Source: Vampirovibrionaceae bacterium NZW_1234
GTDB taxonomy: Bacteria; Cyanobacteriota; Vampirovibrionia; Vampirovibrionales; JAGQHJ01
Assembly: GCA_041697335.1 (NCBI GenBank)
Contig: JBGUGD010000014.1
Coordinates: 81,802-145,801, forward strand
Length of the DNA stretch: 64,000 nt
Reading direction: 5' to 3'
The notes beneath the pieces are model-generated. The model was not told the origin of the DNA. It did no database searches and saw nothing but the letters and a program-made list of their open reading frames with translations. A program made the position numbers and the translations under genes. The number at the start of each line of letters is the position of its first letter. Within the stretch, counting starts at the first letter, position 1. Shown one piece after another: positions 40,500 to 49,732 of the stretch.

Positions 40500-41246
40500 T
40501 TGAAACACCAATGGCACAAAATGCTAAGCACAATCCTTCCCGTCACGTTGTTGACTGGCTGGCTGCTGTGCCCGGCCGTCTATGCCGATGTGTTTCTCTC
40601 ACCCAAGGCCCTTAGTGAAAAAATCAAAAATCATATCCAATCTCTTGTTGAGCTGCCTGATCCGGAAGCCAGCCTGGAGGTAGAAGTCCTGTCGATTCCG
40701 ACCGAAGCATTGCACTTGAAAGGAGAAAACCTGGAGATCCTGTTTGAAGAAAATCAAACAGCACCCAGTTCCTCAAGAACCATTGTGCAACTGACCCTGA
40801 GTACCGAAGCCGAAACACGTCGCATAGGGGTCCCGGTTCGCTTGATGGTGGATAAACCTGTGTGGGTGGCTCGTCAGATGATCCGAGCCAAAGAGCCATT
40901 GACCCTAAAAAATGTCATGCAACAAACCAAGCGTCTGGATTATGGGCATGACAACACGCTGAAAGCCCAGGACAATATTTTGCAGTATTACAGCCGCATG
41001 AACATTAGTGCCGGCACTATCCTCAATGCAAATAACGTGTCCCTAGCACCGGCGGTGCACGCCAATGACGAAGTCAAGCTGATTATGGCGCTGGCCAGCG
41101 GTGTCAATATTACGTTACTGGGAACGGCCATGGAAACCGGTCCGGTAGGCAAAAAAATTCGAGTAAAACAGGAATTGGCCAATCGAAAGGTACGTATTCT
41201 AAATGCCGAAGTGGTCGGCAAAGATCTGGTGATGGTTCGCTTATAA
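40500..41246 (+). CDS. flgA: Flagellar P-ring formation chaperone FlgA
   Basis: Signal peptide, SAF-like VWVA..I...EPL, G.AME.G.VG..IRV; located between flgG and flgH. Confidence 0.82.
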   Translation: MKHQWHKMLSTILPVTLLTGWLLCPAVYADVFLSPKALSEKIKNHIQSLVELPDPEASLEVEVLSIPTEALHLKGENLEILFEENQTAPSSSRTIVQLTLSTEAETRRIGVPVRLMVDKPVWVARQMIRAKEPLTLKNVMQQTKRLDYGHDNTLKAQDNILQYYSRMNISAGTILNANNVSLAPAVHANDEVKLIMALASGVNITLLGTAMETGPVGKKIRVKQELANRKVRILNAEVVGKDLVMVRL

Positions 41247-41304
41247 GCATCGCATCACTCCTTACAAGAGAGAAGAAATAAGATGACACGAGAGAGAGCG
41301 CCCA

Positions 41305-41976
41305 ATGAGAAACCCAACCATTAAACCCATAAAACCCATTGCCTGCACCTTGGCTTTGGCCGGGCTTGTCGTGTTTCAATGCCTGCCTCTCGTGGCCCAG
41401 GCCGAATCGTTATTCCGGTCCGGTATTTCTTACCAAACGTCACAGCCCTATACCCCCCGATCGCTATTTGCACTGCCACGCCCCAGCACGATAGGCGACA
41501 CCATTACCGTGAATATCCGCCAAAACATGCAGTCTATCGTTCTACAGAACTCCAACCTGATTCGGGAGCAAAACATCAACGAAAATTCTTCGGACTTTTA
41601 TAACCGGGTCATCAAACGCCTGTTTGGTATTAAAAGCTTTTTGCCCAATGTCGATGGCATTAGTAATGAAGACCTGCTGAATGCCCGGGCAACCATTAAT
41701 CGTCAATATATTTTCACGGATACCATTGCCTGCCAAGTGGTTCAAGTCCTGCCTAACGGATATTTGGTCATCCAAGGACGAAAATCTATTAATGCAGAAC
41801 AGGAGAAACAGGATCTGACCATTAGTGGCATCGTTAACCCCTACTTCCTGGCGGCCAACAATTCCATTAGTTCGGATCAGGTTGGAAACTTCCAAATGTC
41901 TCTGGCCGGCAATGGGGTGGTCAGTCGTCACAATGGGGATGGCACGATTTACAAGTTGTATCGACTCATGAACTAA
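41305..41976 (+). CDS. flgH: Flagellar L-ring protein FlgH
   Basis: IGDTITVNI, VVQVLPNGYLVIQG.K, ISGIV.P, NSISSDQV. Confidence 0.9.
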   Translation: MRNPTIKPIKPIACTLALAGLVVFQCLPLVAQAESLFRSGISYQTSQPYTPRSLFALPRPSTIGDTITVNIRQNMQSIVLQNSNLIREQNINENSSDFYNRVIKRLFGIKSFLPNVDGISNEDLLNARATINRQYIFTDTIACQVVQVLPNGYLVIQGRKSINAEQEKQDLTISGIVNPYFLAANNSISSDQVGNFQMSLAGNGVVSRHNGDGTIYKLYRLMN

Positions 41977-42032
41977 CCCCGTGTTATGGAGCGCAATGAG
42001 AGAGAGCGATAAGAGAAAGGACATATTCGAGG

Positions 42033-43154
42033 ATGCGTAGAACGGTAAAATCAACAATTTCGCTTTTCCTGGCAACACTGCTATGTTGCATGGCATTGCC
42101 TATGCAAGTAGGCCAGGCTGCCACTGTGCGTATCAAAGATATTACTCACATCAAAGGCGTCCGAGACAATATGCTGGTGGGATACGGGGTTGTCGTCGGC
42201 CTAATGAAAACCGGGGACAAAAGCCGTTCAACACAAAACACCCAGCGCAACCTCCTGATGAATTTCGGTAACGTGGTTCAAAACGCCACAGATATTAAAA
42301 ATGATAACGCCGCAGCTGTCATTGTGACCGCCACGATTCCACCATTTGCCAAAGCCGGCGATCGCCTGGATGTTACCGTTTCTTCCGTAGCAGACGCCAA
42401 AAGCCTGGAAGGCGGTGTGTTGATTCAAACCCAACTTCTGGCTCCCAATGGTGAAGTTGTTGCCCTGGCTCAAGGTCCTGTTTCCACGGGTGGCAGTTCT
42501 GTCGAAGCAGCAGGTTCATCCAAGCGAACCTCTATCACAACATCGGGTCGAGTCCCGGGTGGTGCAATCATTGAACGAGAGATCCACACCGAAATTGGTG
42601 ACGAATCCGGTATTGAACTGGTTTTAAACCATGCTGACTTTTCATTGGCACAACGTGTCGCTGAAACCATCTCCCAACGGGTCAGCCCGGCAATGGCACT
42701 GGATGGGGGTTCTATTCGAGTCGAAATGCCGGCCAGTTTTGCCGGAAACCGAGTTCCATTTATCTCGGCCATTGAAAACCTGACCGTCCAAACCGATGCC
42801 GATGTGGCCAAAGTCATTATCAACGAACGTACCGGCACCATCGTCATTGGCAATTCTGTTCGACTGCATCCGGCTGCGGTAGCCCATGGGGGTATTACCG
42901 TCAGTGTGGAGGCCACGAACGACGTGTCCCAACCTAACGCATTATCCTCAGGCGGCACCACGTTGGGCGTCTCCAATGCCCAAATCTCCATCGATAAAAA
43001 AGCCGGATCACTGATTCAAATGAAACCCAACGCATCCTTACAGGACCTGGTCGGCGCCTTAAATGCTCTGGGCGTGACCCCCAGTGATTTGATTTCGATT
43101 CTTCAGGCCTTAAAAGCCGCCGGTAGCCTGGAAGCCACGTTGGAAATTATTTAA
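42033..43154 (+). CDS. flgI: Flagellar P-ring protein FlgI
   Basis: RIKDI...GVRDN.LVGYGVVVGL..TGD, AKSLEGG, INERTGTIVIG, ILQALKAAGSL. Confidence 0.97.
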   Translation: MRRTVKSTISLFLATLLCCMALPMQVGQAATVRIKDITHIKGVRDNMLVGYGVVVGLMKTGDKSRSTQNTQRNLLMNFGNVVQNATDIKNDNAAAVIVTATIPPFAKAGDRLDVTVSSVADAKSLEGGVLIQTQLLAPNGEVVALAQGPVSTGGSSVEAAGSSKRTSITTSGRVPGGAIIEREIHTEIGDESGIELVLNHADFSLAQRVAETISQRVSPAMALDGGSIRVEMPASFAGNRVPFISAIENLTVQTDADVAKVIINERTGTIVIGNSVRLHPAAVAHGGITVSVEATNDVSQPNALSSGGTTLGVSNAQISIDKKAGSLIQMKPNASLQDLVGALNALGVTPSDLISILQALKAAGSLEATLEII

Positions 43155-43167
43155 GGAGCGACCTCTG

Positions 43168-43545
43168 ATGGATCTGATTACTAACCTGCAAACCACTCAG
43201 CAAGCTCGCTTCAGCCTGGAAAATGCCAAGCTGAAATCCTTAAACGCACGGCCACAGAATCACGAAAACAAAGAAGATCTGATGAAAACGGCTCGTCAGT
43301 TTGAAGGGATCTTCATGAAGCAATTGTTCGATGCCATGGACAAAACCGTAGACCGCTCTGACAGTATTCTCAGCGGTGGCTCGGGGGAAGATATGTTCCG
43401 GGGTATGATGTACGACAAGATTTCGGAATCCATGGCCTCTCGCCCCGGCGGAAGTGGTATGGGACTGGCTGAAGCCATTTACCGTCAGCTGGAAAAACGG
43501 ATTCCGAAAACATCAAAGAATGAACCTACGGAGGTGGCAGAATGA
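43168..43545 (+). CDS. flgJ: FlgJ, rod-binding domain only
   Basis: L.KTARQFEGIFMKQL..AM.KT, MFRGM, GLAEAIYRQL; no muramidase domain. Confidence 0.88.
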   Translation: MDLITNLQTTQQARFSLENAKLKSLNARPQNHENKEDLMKTARQFEGIFMKQLFDAMDKTVDRSDSILSGGSGEDMFRGMMYDKISESMASRPGGSGMGLAEAIYRQLEKRIPKTSKNEPTEVAE

Positions 43546-43943
43546 TCGATCGCATTGGTGGATCACCGACCCCATTTCAATCGGTTCAAGGATCTCGAAC
43601 CTATCAAAATGCCACTCGCAACACTACTGTGTTTCGCGAAGCCTTGATGAACGAAATGGAAGAAGCCCCTAAAAGCGAGAGCCAGGGATGGTCTTCCGAG
43701 TTTCAGCCACAACAGATTGACACGGCTCCTCGTTTTGATGAGCGCCCTTCAGCCAGTGTTTCTTCTCCCGTCAGCCGGCCTCGGATGCAATCTGCTCCGT
43801 CATCGTACCTGGCTCAGTTGCAGCCCATGATCCAAGAGGTCCAGCAATTGGCTGAAGCCTCCGGATATATTGGCGTGACTTCTCAAGATGTTTTACGCGC
43901 CTATCAGAGTGGCCGGAGCTTACTGGCCGACTATCGCGTTTAG
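43542..43943 (+). CDS. Hypothetical protein in the position usually held by flgM
   Basis: ATGA overlap with flgJ, GGAGG RBS, lies between flgJ and flgN; FlgM motif not clearly recognisable. Confidence 0.65.
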   Translation: MIDRIGGSPTPFQSVQGSRTYQNATRNTTVFREALMNEMEEAPKSESQGWSSEFQPQQIDTAPRFDERPSASVSSPVSRPRMQSAPSSYLAQLQPMIQEVQQLAEASGYIGVTSQDVLRAYQSGRSLLADYRV

Positions 43944-43971
43944 CCCTATTTAACGTAAAGGAACAAACCCA

Positions 43972-44505
43972 ATGGTAACGCAACGCCCCAACCGTATGGA
44001 TATCGAAGATTTTAAAGCACTCCTGAGTCAGGAGATCGACATCTATAATCGTATTGAACACCACCTGGAGCGGAAAAAAGATGTGATTATCAAAGGCGAT
44101 CTGGAAACATTGCAACGGATTGATAACGAACTGGAAGCCTTGACGAATATGTCCCGCAATATGGCCAAAAAGCGCATTGACCTGATGGTGCGCATGGGTC
44201 GTGAAGGCCAAACGCTACGGGAATTTATCAGCAGCCTGGAGTCCGGTGACGAATCCCGGATACTGGAACAAACCCGCCAACAGATGATACAAACCACAAG
44301 TAACATCAAGGAACTGAGTCAAACAAACAGCAATCTGCTCACACAATCAATCCGCATGATAGAGCAATCGGTAGATATGATTGCCAACATGCTGATGCCC
44401 AAACCAGCAACGTACGGTAAAAATGTGGCTGCAAATACCGTTGATATGACTCCAAATATAGATCACAACTATTTCGGCACCTCTACTATAAGCCATAACG
44501 CCTAA
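43972..44505 (+). CDS. flgN: Flagellar export chaperone FlgN
   Basis: Helical protein L..E...Y..., N..LL.QS, TYG; immediately before flgK. Confidence 0.82.
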   Translation: MVTQRPNRMDIEDFKALLSQEIDIYNRIEHHLERKKDVIIKGDLETLQRIDNELEALTNMSRNMAKKRIDLMVRMGREGQTLREFISSLESGDESRILEQTRQQMIQTTSNIKELSQTNSNLLTQSIRMIEQSVDMIANMLMPKPATYGKNVAANTVDMTPNIDHNYFGTSTISHNA

Positions 44506-44620
44506 TTCAAAAAACGGATCATAAAACCGCGAAGTACAAAGAAAGGATTAATCTCACAATGACCTAAGCCTACAATTCAGAGCATTTAGTACACACGAGA
44601 AAAGAGAGAGTAAGAGAGTC

Positions 44621-46141
44621 ATGGGTTCAGTCAACATACCGACATTTTTTGGGATGTTCACGGCTCGAAGTGCCATTGCCGCTGCTCAAGCGCAAATGAA
44701 CACGATTAACCATAACATTGCAAATGCCAACACCGAAGGATATAGTCGCCAACGAGTCGACTTGCATCAAGTTGGCCCATTTCCTCCGGCCACCATTTCC
44801 AATTATGTCGGATCTGGCCAAATTGGCGCTGGCGTTGCCGTTTCTGATGTTGTTCGTACTTATGACAATTTTATTGATGAACAAATTCGCCGTCAAAATA
44901 GTCTTCAACAATACCAGCAACCTATCAGCAATAACCTTTCCTATATTGAAAGCATTTTAGGTGAGCCCAATGGTAATGGCTTGAACGAAGCCATGAGTAA
45001 CTTTTTTAACAGTGCTCAAGCACTCAGTATACACCCGGATGACCTCAGCGCCCGGACATCCTTTATGCTCTCAGCAAAAACCTTGCTCGACACTGCCCAG
45101 GAACAAGCACAACTGCTCTCGGCCCTTCGCACGAATATTGTCGGGGACGCATCCTCACCCGTAAGCATTAGCTCAAGCCAAGTCGCCATTACGGTGACCC
45201 AGATCAACAACGATTTAACCCAAATTGCCAATTTGAACTCACAAATTATGACCGCCTCGGTCGTGGGCGCCACTCCCAACGATCTCTTGGATCAACGAGA
45301 CAAACTCCTGAATGATCTCTCAAAAAAATTGAATATCACCGTTACCCACCAAGCCAACAATATGGTTAACGTAAGCCTTGGCAGCAACGACTTAATTCGA
45401 GGGGCCGTTTTAAGAGATACATTACAAGTCGTTGCAAATCCTGGCCCAACACCCGATCCGAATGACACGCCTTCATTAGTCCAGCTGGCATCTACCAGTA
45501 CCACGGTAAACAGTGATATTAGAGGCGGTTCTCTCGGTGGATTGTTATCCATTGGAGACAATAGCAGCAGTTCCACCTCTATTCGGAGCGTCCTGGAAAA
45601 TATGGACACGCTCTTTAATGAGATTGCAACGCAAGTCAATAGCCTGCAGGCAGCAGGTCGTGACCTTAGCGGAAACATCCCGACGGCCGGTAATGACGCT
45701 ATTTTTAATTTGGCTGCCGGTACAGGCTTATCAATATTTCGATACAGTATCAATGAAAATTTATTAGCGGACTCGACACTGGTTGCCGCTGCCATTGATG
45801 ACTCCGGAGCTTTTGCCGGAAGAGGCGATGGCCGTAACGCTTTAGCTATTGCTCAACTCGCCTCAACATCGCTTGCAGGCTTAGGTAATTTCACGCCTGG
45901 CGGCTTTTTCAACAATACGGTTGCCCGACTGGGAAATGACTCTCAAGCTGCTCAGAGAGCATCCGAACGGTTGGATGAAGTGGTAAAGCAATTAGAGCAG
46001 CGCCGTTCCTCCATTCGAGGTGTAAACCTTGAAGAAGAAATGGTTGATTTAATGCGCTTTCAGCGGGGTTTCGAGGCTTCTGCAAGGGTTTTAAGCACCT
46101 TGGATAAAATTATTGATTTGATTATCAACGGATTATTTTAG
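44621..46141 (+). CDS. flgK: Flagellar hook-associated protein FlgK
   Basis: HNIANANTEGYSRQRV, G.GV, NDLLDQRD, GVNLEEEM.DL..FQ..F.ASA. Confidence 0.96.
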   Translation: MGSVNIPTFFGMFTARSAIAAAQAQMNTINHNIANANTEGYSRQRVDLHQVGPFPPATISNYVGSGQIGAGVAVSDVVRTYDNFIDEQIRRQNSLQQYQQPISNNLSYIESILGEPNGNGLNEAMSNFFNSAQALSIHPDDLSARTSFMLSAKTLLDTAQEQAQLLSALRTNIVGDASSPVSISSSQVAITVTQINNDLTQIANLNSQIMTASVVGATPNDLLDQRDKLLNDLSKKLNITVTHQANNMVNVSLGSNDLIRGAVLRDTLQVVANPGPTPDPNDTPSLVQLASTSTTVNSDIRGGSLGGLLSIGDNSSSSTSIRSVLENMDTLFNEIATQVNSLQAAGRDLSGNIPTAGNDAIFNLAAGTGLSIFRYSINENLLADSTLVAAAIDDSGAFAGRGDGRNALAIAQLASTSLAGLGNFTPGGFFNNTVARLGNDSQAAQRASERLDEVVKQLEQRRSSIRGVNLEEEMVDLMRFQRGFEASARVLSTLDKIIDLIINGLF

Positions 46142-46164
46142 GCTAGCAGAGAGGTTATCCGGTT

Positions 46165-47097
46165 ATGAGTATTACAAGAGTTTCCTCCAGCTTTATCATT
46201 AATCAAGGGGTCCATGCTATTCAAGGCAATTTGTCTGCTTTGACCCGCCTTCAGAACAGAATCTCCGCCGGAAAAAATATCTTTTTGCCTTCCGATGATC
46301 CTATCAATACCTCTTCCCTGCTTCGGATCAATCAGGAAGCAAATCTGGATGACAGATTCAAACGAAATATTGATGAGGCACTCGGCGAAATGGAAGCCAC
46401 CAATGTGGCTTTAACCAGTATTGTAGAAATTACCCATCGTGCAAGAGAGATTGCGGTCCAGGCAGCCAACGGTACCAACGGGCCAGAACAATATGCCGCG
46501 TTTAAGCGAGAAGTGGACGGGCTGCTCAACCAGCTGGTAGCCCTAGGTAATTCCTCGTATGCAGGCCGACAGATTTTTTCAGGTTTTCTGACGGATACAC
46601 CCGCATTTACTACCTCGGGTCAGGATATCATCTATAACGGAACACCCAATACGGCCCAATTTGAACGCAGAGTTCAGATTTCCCAAGCCAGCACCATCGC
46701 AATCAACCTAAACGGAGATGACGTATTGGGTAATGTTGCTGTGGCTGGCGGAGTAGCAACTGGCTCTGGGCTATTTTATGTTTTAACCAAATTAAACCTC
46801 GATATCCAAAACAACGATGCAACAAGCATCAATGCGAACATCGATTTAATCACAACCGAGCAGGCCCGAATTTTAGGTCATGTGGGTACGATTGGTGAGC
46901 GGACCAAACAGCTTGAGATGGCCAAAAGTCGCATTGAAGATAGAACGATTTTGCAAGCCAAACAAACCAATAACATTCAGGAGTTAGATATGCCCAAGGC
47001 CATTAGCGATCTAAACTACCGCCAGACATTGTATCAAGCTTCACTCAGTAGCATGTCGAAATTATTGGAAACCTCGCTTTTGAGCTTTTTAAGATAG
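46165..47097 (+). CDS. flgL: Flagellar hook-associated protein FlgL
   Basis: Q..ISAGK....PSDDP, N....GRQIFSG..T..PAF, YQASL, SLLSFLR. Confidence 0.94.
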   Translation: MSITRVSSSFIINQGVHAIQGNLSALTRLQNRISAGKNIFLPSDDPINTSSLLRINQEANLDDRFKRNIDEALGEMEATNVALTSIVEITHRAREIAVQAANGTNGPEQYAAFKREVDGLLNQLVALGNSSYAGRQIFSGFLTDTPAFTTSGQDIIYNGTPNTAQFERRVQISQASTIAINLNGDDVLGNVAVAGGVATGSGLFYVLTKLNLDIQNNDATSINANIDLITTEQARILGHVGTIGERTKQLEMAKSRIEDRTILQAKQTNNIQELDMPKAISDLNYRQTLYQASLSSMSKLLETSLLSFLR

Positions 47098-48579
47098 CTT
47101 GGGTAACTCCGGCAAAGAGATCCAATGTGCTTCATATGCCATCAGAAGAATAATCAAGGTATAGAATAATAACGTGTAACTGTCACCCATTGGCATCCCG
47201 GTTAAACTCGAAACCAAAATCACCAAGGAAATGGTGCCAATGGTTAATGCTGCCAAACGTTGTCGAATGGGGTTTCTTCTCAAAACACCGATAAATCCCA
47301 ATATCATTGCAGTCAGGTACCATAACAACATCGCTATTCCGAACATACCGATCTCATAAATATATTTAATGTAGGCATTATGAGGGTGAATGGCCGAAAT
47401 GCCCCCTTTATTTTGAAAGTCGATGGGAAACAGCAAGTAATTGTAATTCATGGTCCCCAGCCACTGGGATCCTCGTAACCAACCTTTTCCAAGAAAAAGC
47501 GTTTCCATGTCCATATCGGACCATACGAATTCCCAAGCACGTTGTCGAATCAGCAATGTATCGACCCGAGTAAAGCGACTATAAATCTGATCCATCAGGC
47601 TGCCTTCATCCCAAAGTGTTGCCCAGAGGAAGAAAATCACACCAATAATCAAGGCAGAGACCACGGCACGTATTTTTAATGTTCGTGGCAAAAATATACC
47701 CCATATCAACAACAATGGAATCAATTGGGCAATATTGGTTTTTGTCAGCGATGCCAGACACCCAACAATCAAGGTTAAAGCCAACGCCCCATAGATCAGG
47801 TGCAATCGATGATCATCGGTACTTGTAAAGTAAAGATACAACGCTAAATTTAACGAGATCAGAGAAATCAGGCTGGCTTCGATTGGGAAACCAAATATTC
47901 CCATGGGGCGCATAAATCCGCCGGCTTCTACCATCCCAAAATGAAGGACAGGTTCCATAATGCAAAAGAGTGCATTTAAAAACCCAATCGCAAGGATCAT
48001 ATGCATGATCATCGTCCGTGCCTGAGTGGGGTTTTCCTTAAACCATTCCCATGCCACCAATACCATATAACTCACAACAAAAATCGATAACATATCTCGG
48101 ATCAGATAAGCCAAGTGAACCATATCCGGCCAATGACGAAAAGACAAAAACATCCCGAGGATAAGACAGCCAATTGGAAAAGTCACCCGCCAAATTTGAG
48201 CCTGTGAACGAACACGCATTACAAGAGACGCGATTGCCCCAGGCAAGGAGAGCAATAAGAATATGGGAAGTACCGATTGGCTTCCTGCAATCACACTTCC
48301 CAAGCGAATCGGCTCATAATAAGCCAACGGATAAATAACAATCCAGGCGAGTAAAATCTTACGTTCATGTTTGAGCAGTATTGGCATGGCCAAGGCGAAT
48401 ATCAACACCAACGCAAGTACAAAGGGCCCTTTGTCATTCAAAAACAGACATGAGAGCACGGTAACTACGACCAATGCTCCCCAATACAGCAACACCCAGG
48501 GGTTGGCCACTAATGCCTTGAGGCCATTGGGCAATCCGTTATCGGGGAATAAAGAAGCATCCGGGACAGGTGTGCTCAT
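47089..48579 (-). CDS. O-antigen ligase/polymerase (Wzy_C)-like polytopic membrane protein
   Basis: About 12 TM helices, R..G.FG.P, R..AW, LG.G, HPHNAYI...E.G..G; RBS AGGAGA before the ATG at 48579. Confidence 0.82.
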   Translation of the reverse strand: MSTPVPDASLFPDNGLPNGLKALVANPWVLLYWGALVVVTVLSCLFLNDKGPFVLALVLIFALAMPILLKHERKILLAWIVIYPLAYYEPIRLGSVIAGSQSVLPIFLLLSLPGAIASLVMRVRSQAQIWRVTFPIGCLILGMFLSFRHWPDMVHLAYLIRDMLSIFVVSYMVLVAWEWFKENPTQARTMIMHMILAIGFLNALFCIMEPVLHFGMVEAGGFMRPMGIFGFPIEASLISLISLNLALYLYFTSTDDHRLHLIYGALALTLIVGCLASLTKTNIAQLIPLLLIWGIFLPRTLKIRAVVSALIIGVIFFLWATLWDEGSLMDQIYSRFTRVDTLLIRQRAWEFVWSDMDMETLFLGKGWLRGSQWLGTMNYNYLLFPIDFQNKGGISAIHPHNAYIKYIYEIGMFGIAMLLWYLTAMILGFIGVLRRNPIRQRLAALTIGTISLVILVSSLTGMPMGDSYTLLFYTLIILLMAYEAHWISLPELPKLS

Positions 48580-48760
48580 AGGGTCTCCTTTTATAAATCC
48601 GTAGATCAATTCGAGGCACCAGTGTCGCTTATACGACCCTCTGCCCAAACAAGCTTATTAGCGGATATTGTATGTAAAAGCCAGAAAATTCAGTCTACCG
48701 AACATTGGAATTGACAATTACAATAATTTCAGATCACGTTGGAGCCTCGTCACCCTTCCC

Positions 48761-49645
48761 ATGAATATGCCTCTTATCGACAGCCTCACATTGCGATGCA
48801 AAGAAGTGCTTAATCCCCTTGATTTTATGCTGCGCTCCTGGATGCGATTTTCCCTTCCGCCCTATCAGGAAGCTCCCGAGACCAAATCCGGCCTATGGAA
48901 AGATAAACCGGATCCGGATTTATGGGCTCAACGAGAAACACGATTGATACAGGACTATTCTCTGGAGCACTTTAAAAAACGTTCCAGCCGGGTTCGATAT
49001 CTGGAGACATTGACCTTTTTGGACTATCTCGAACAGTTGCTTCCCAACCCGCCTTCATACTCCGAACTCTCGTGGTTGGATGTGGGCGCCAAAAACTGGA
49101 CGTATGTCGAGGCACTGTATCGATTTGCAAACACGCTTCATCCACAGGCCTGTCTCACCGGAATTGAGCTTGACGCTTACCGGCGATACAGCAACCTTCA
49201 TACCCGTGCTGACTATGCCGCAACCTATATTAAGGGCCTGAGCAACACCCAATACCTGGTCGGCGATGTCCTGGATCACCATGGCCAATATCACATTATC
49301 TCCTGCTTCCTGCCCTTTGTCTTTATTGAGCCCTGCCTTTACTGGGGACTCCCGAAACGCTATTTTCGGCCTGAAGCTTTTCTGAGTCATCTCCTGTCTT
49401 TATTACGGCCCAATGGAACCTTGATTTTATTGAACCAGGGAGCAGCCGAGTCCCAGGAACAAGGCAACCTCCTTCAAGCCGCCAAAAATTGTCATCCCCA
49501 TCTAGAAATTCGGGCCTTGGGAGAAATGAAACCGTCGTTTCTAGATTACAAATACCCTCGCTATGGCTGGCGGGTCAACAAGCCAGCAGTCGTCGCAGTG
49601 AGCGAGATTATCGACCCCGATTCTCAAGGCCTCAGACCGGTTTAA
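48761..49645 (+). CDS. Putative SAM-dependent methyltransferase
   Basis: WLDVGA, LTGIELD, LRPNG. The start is uncertain (ORF is open from 48668). Confidence 0.72.
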   Translation: MNMPLIDSLTLRCKEVLNPLDFMLRSWMRFSLPPYQEAPETKSGLWKDKPDPDLWAQRETRLIQDYSLEHFKKRSSRVRYLETLTFLDYLEQLLPNPPSYSELSWLDVGAKNWTYVEALYRFANTLHPQACLTGIELDAYRRYSNLHTRADYAATYIKGLSNTQYLVGDVLDHHGQYHIISCFLPFVFIEPCLYWGLPKRYFRPEAFLSHLLSLLRPNGTLILLNQGAAESQEQGNLLQAAKNCHPHLEIRALGEMKPSFLDYKYPRYGWRVNKPAVVAVSEIIDPDSQGLRPV

Positions 49646-49732
49646 TCGGGTCAGGTTGCAGAAGACCTCAACCTGTATTTTTGTTATGCTGTTGTCACCT
49701 GTTACCAGTGGTCAACGTGAAATGGAAGCCTT

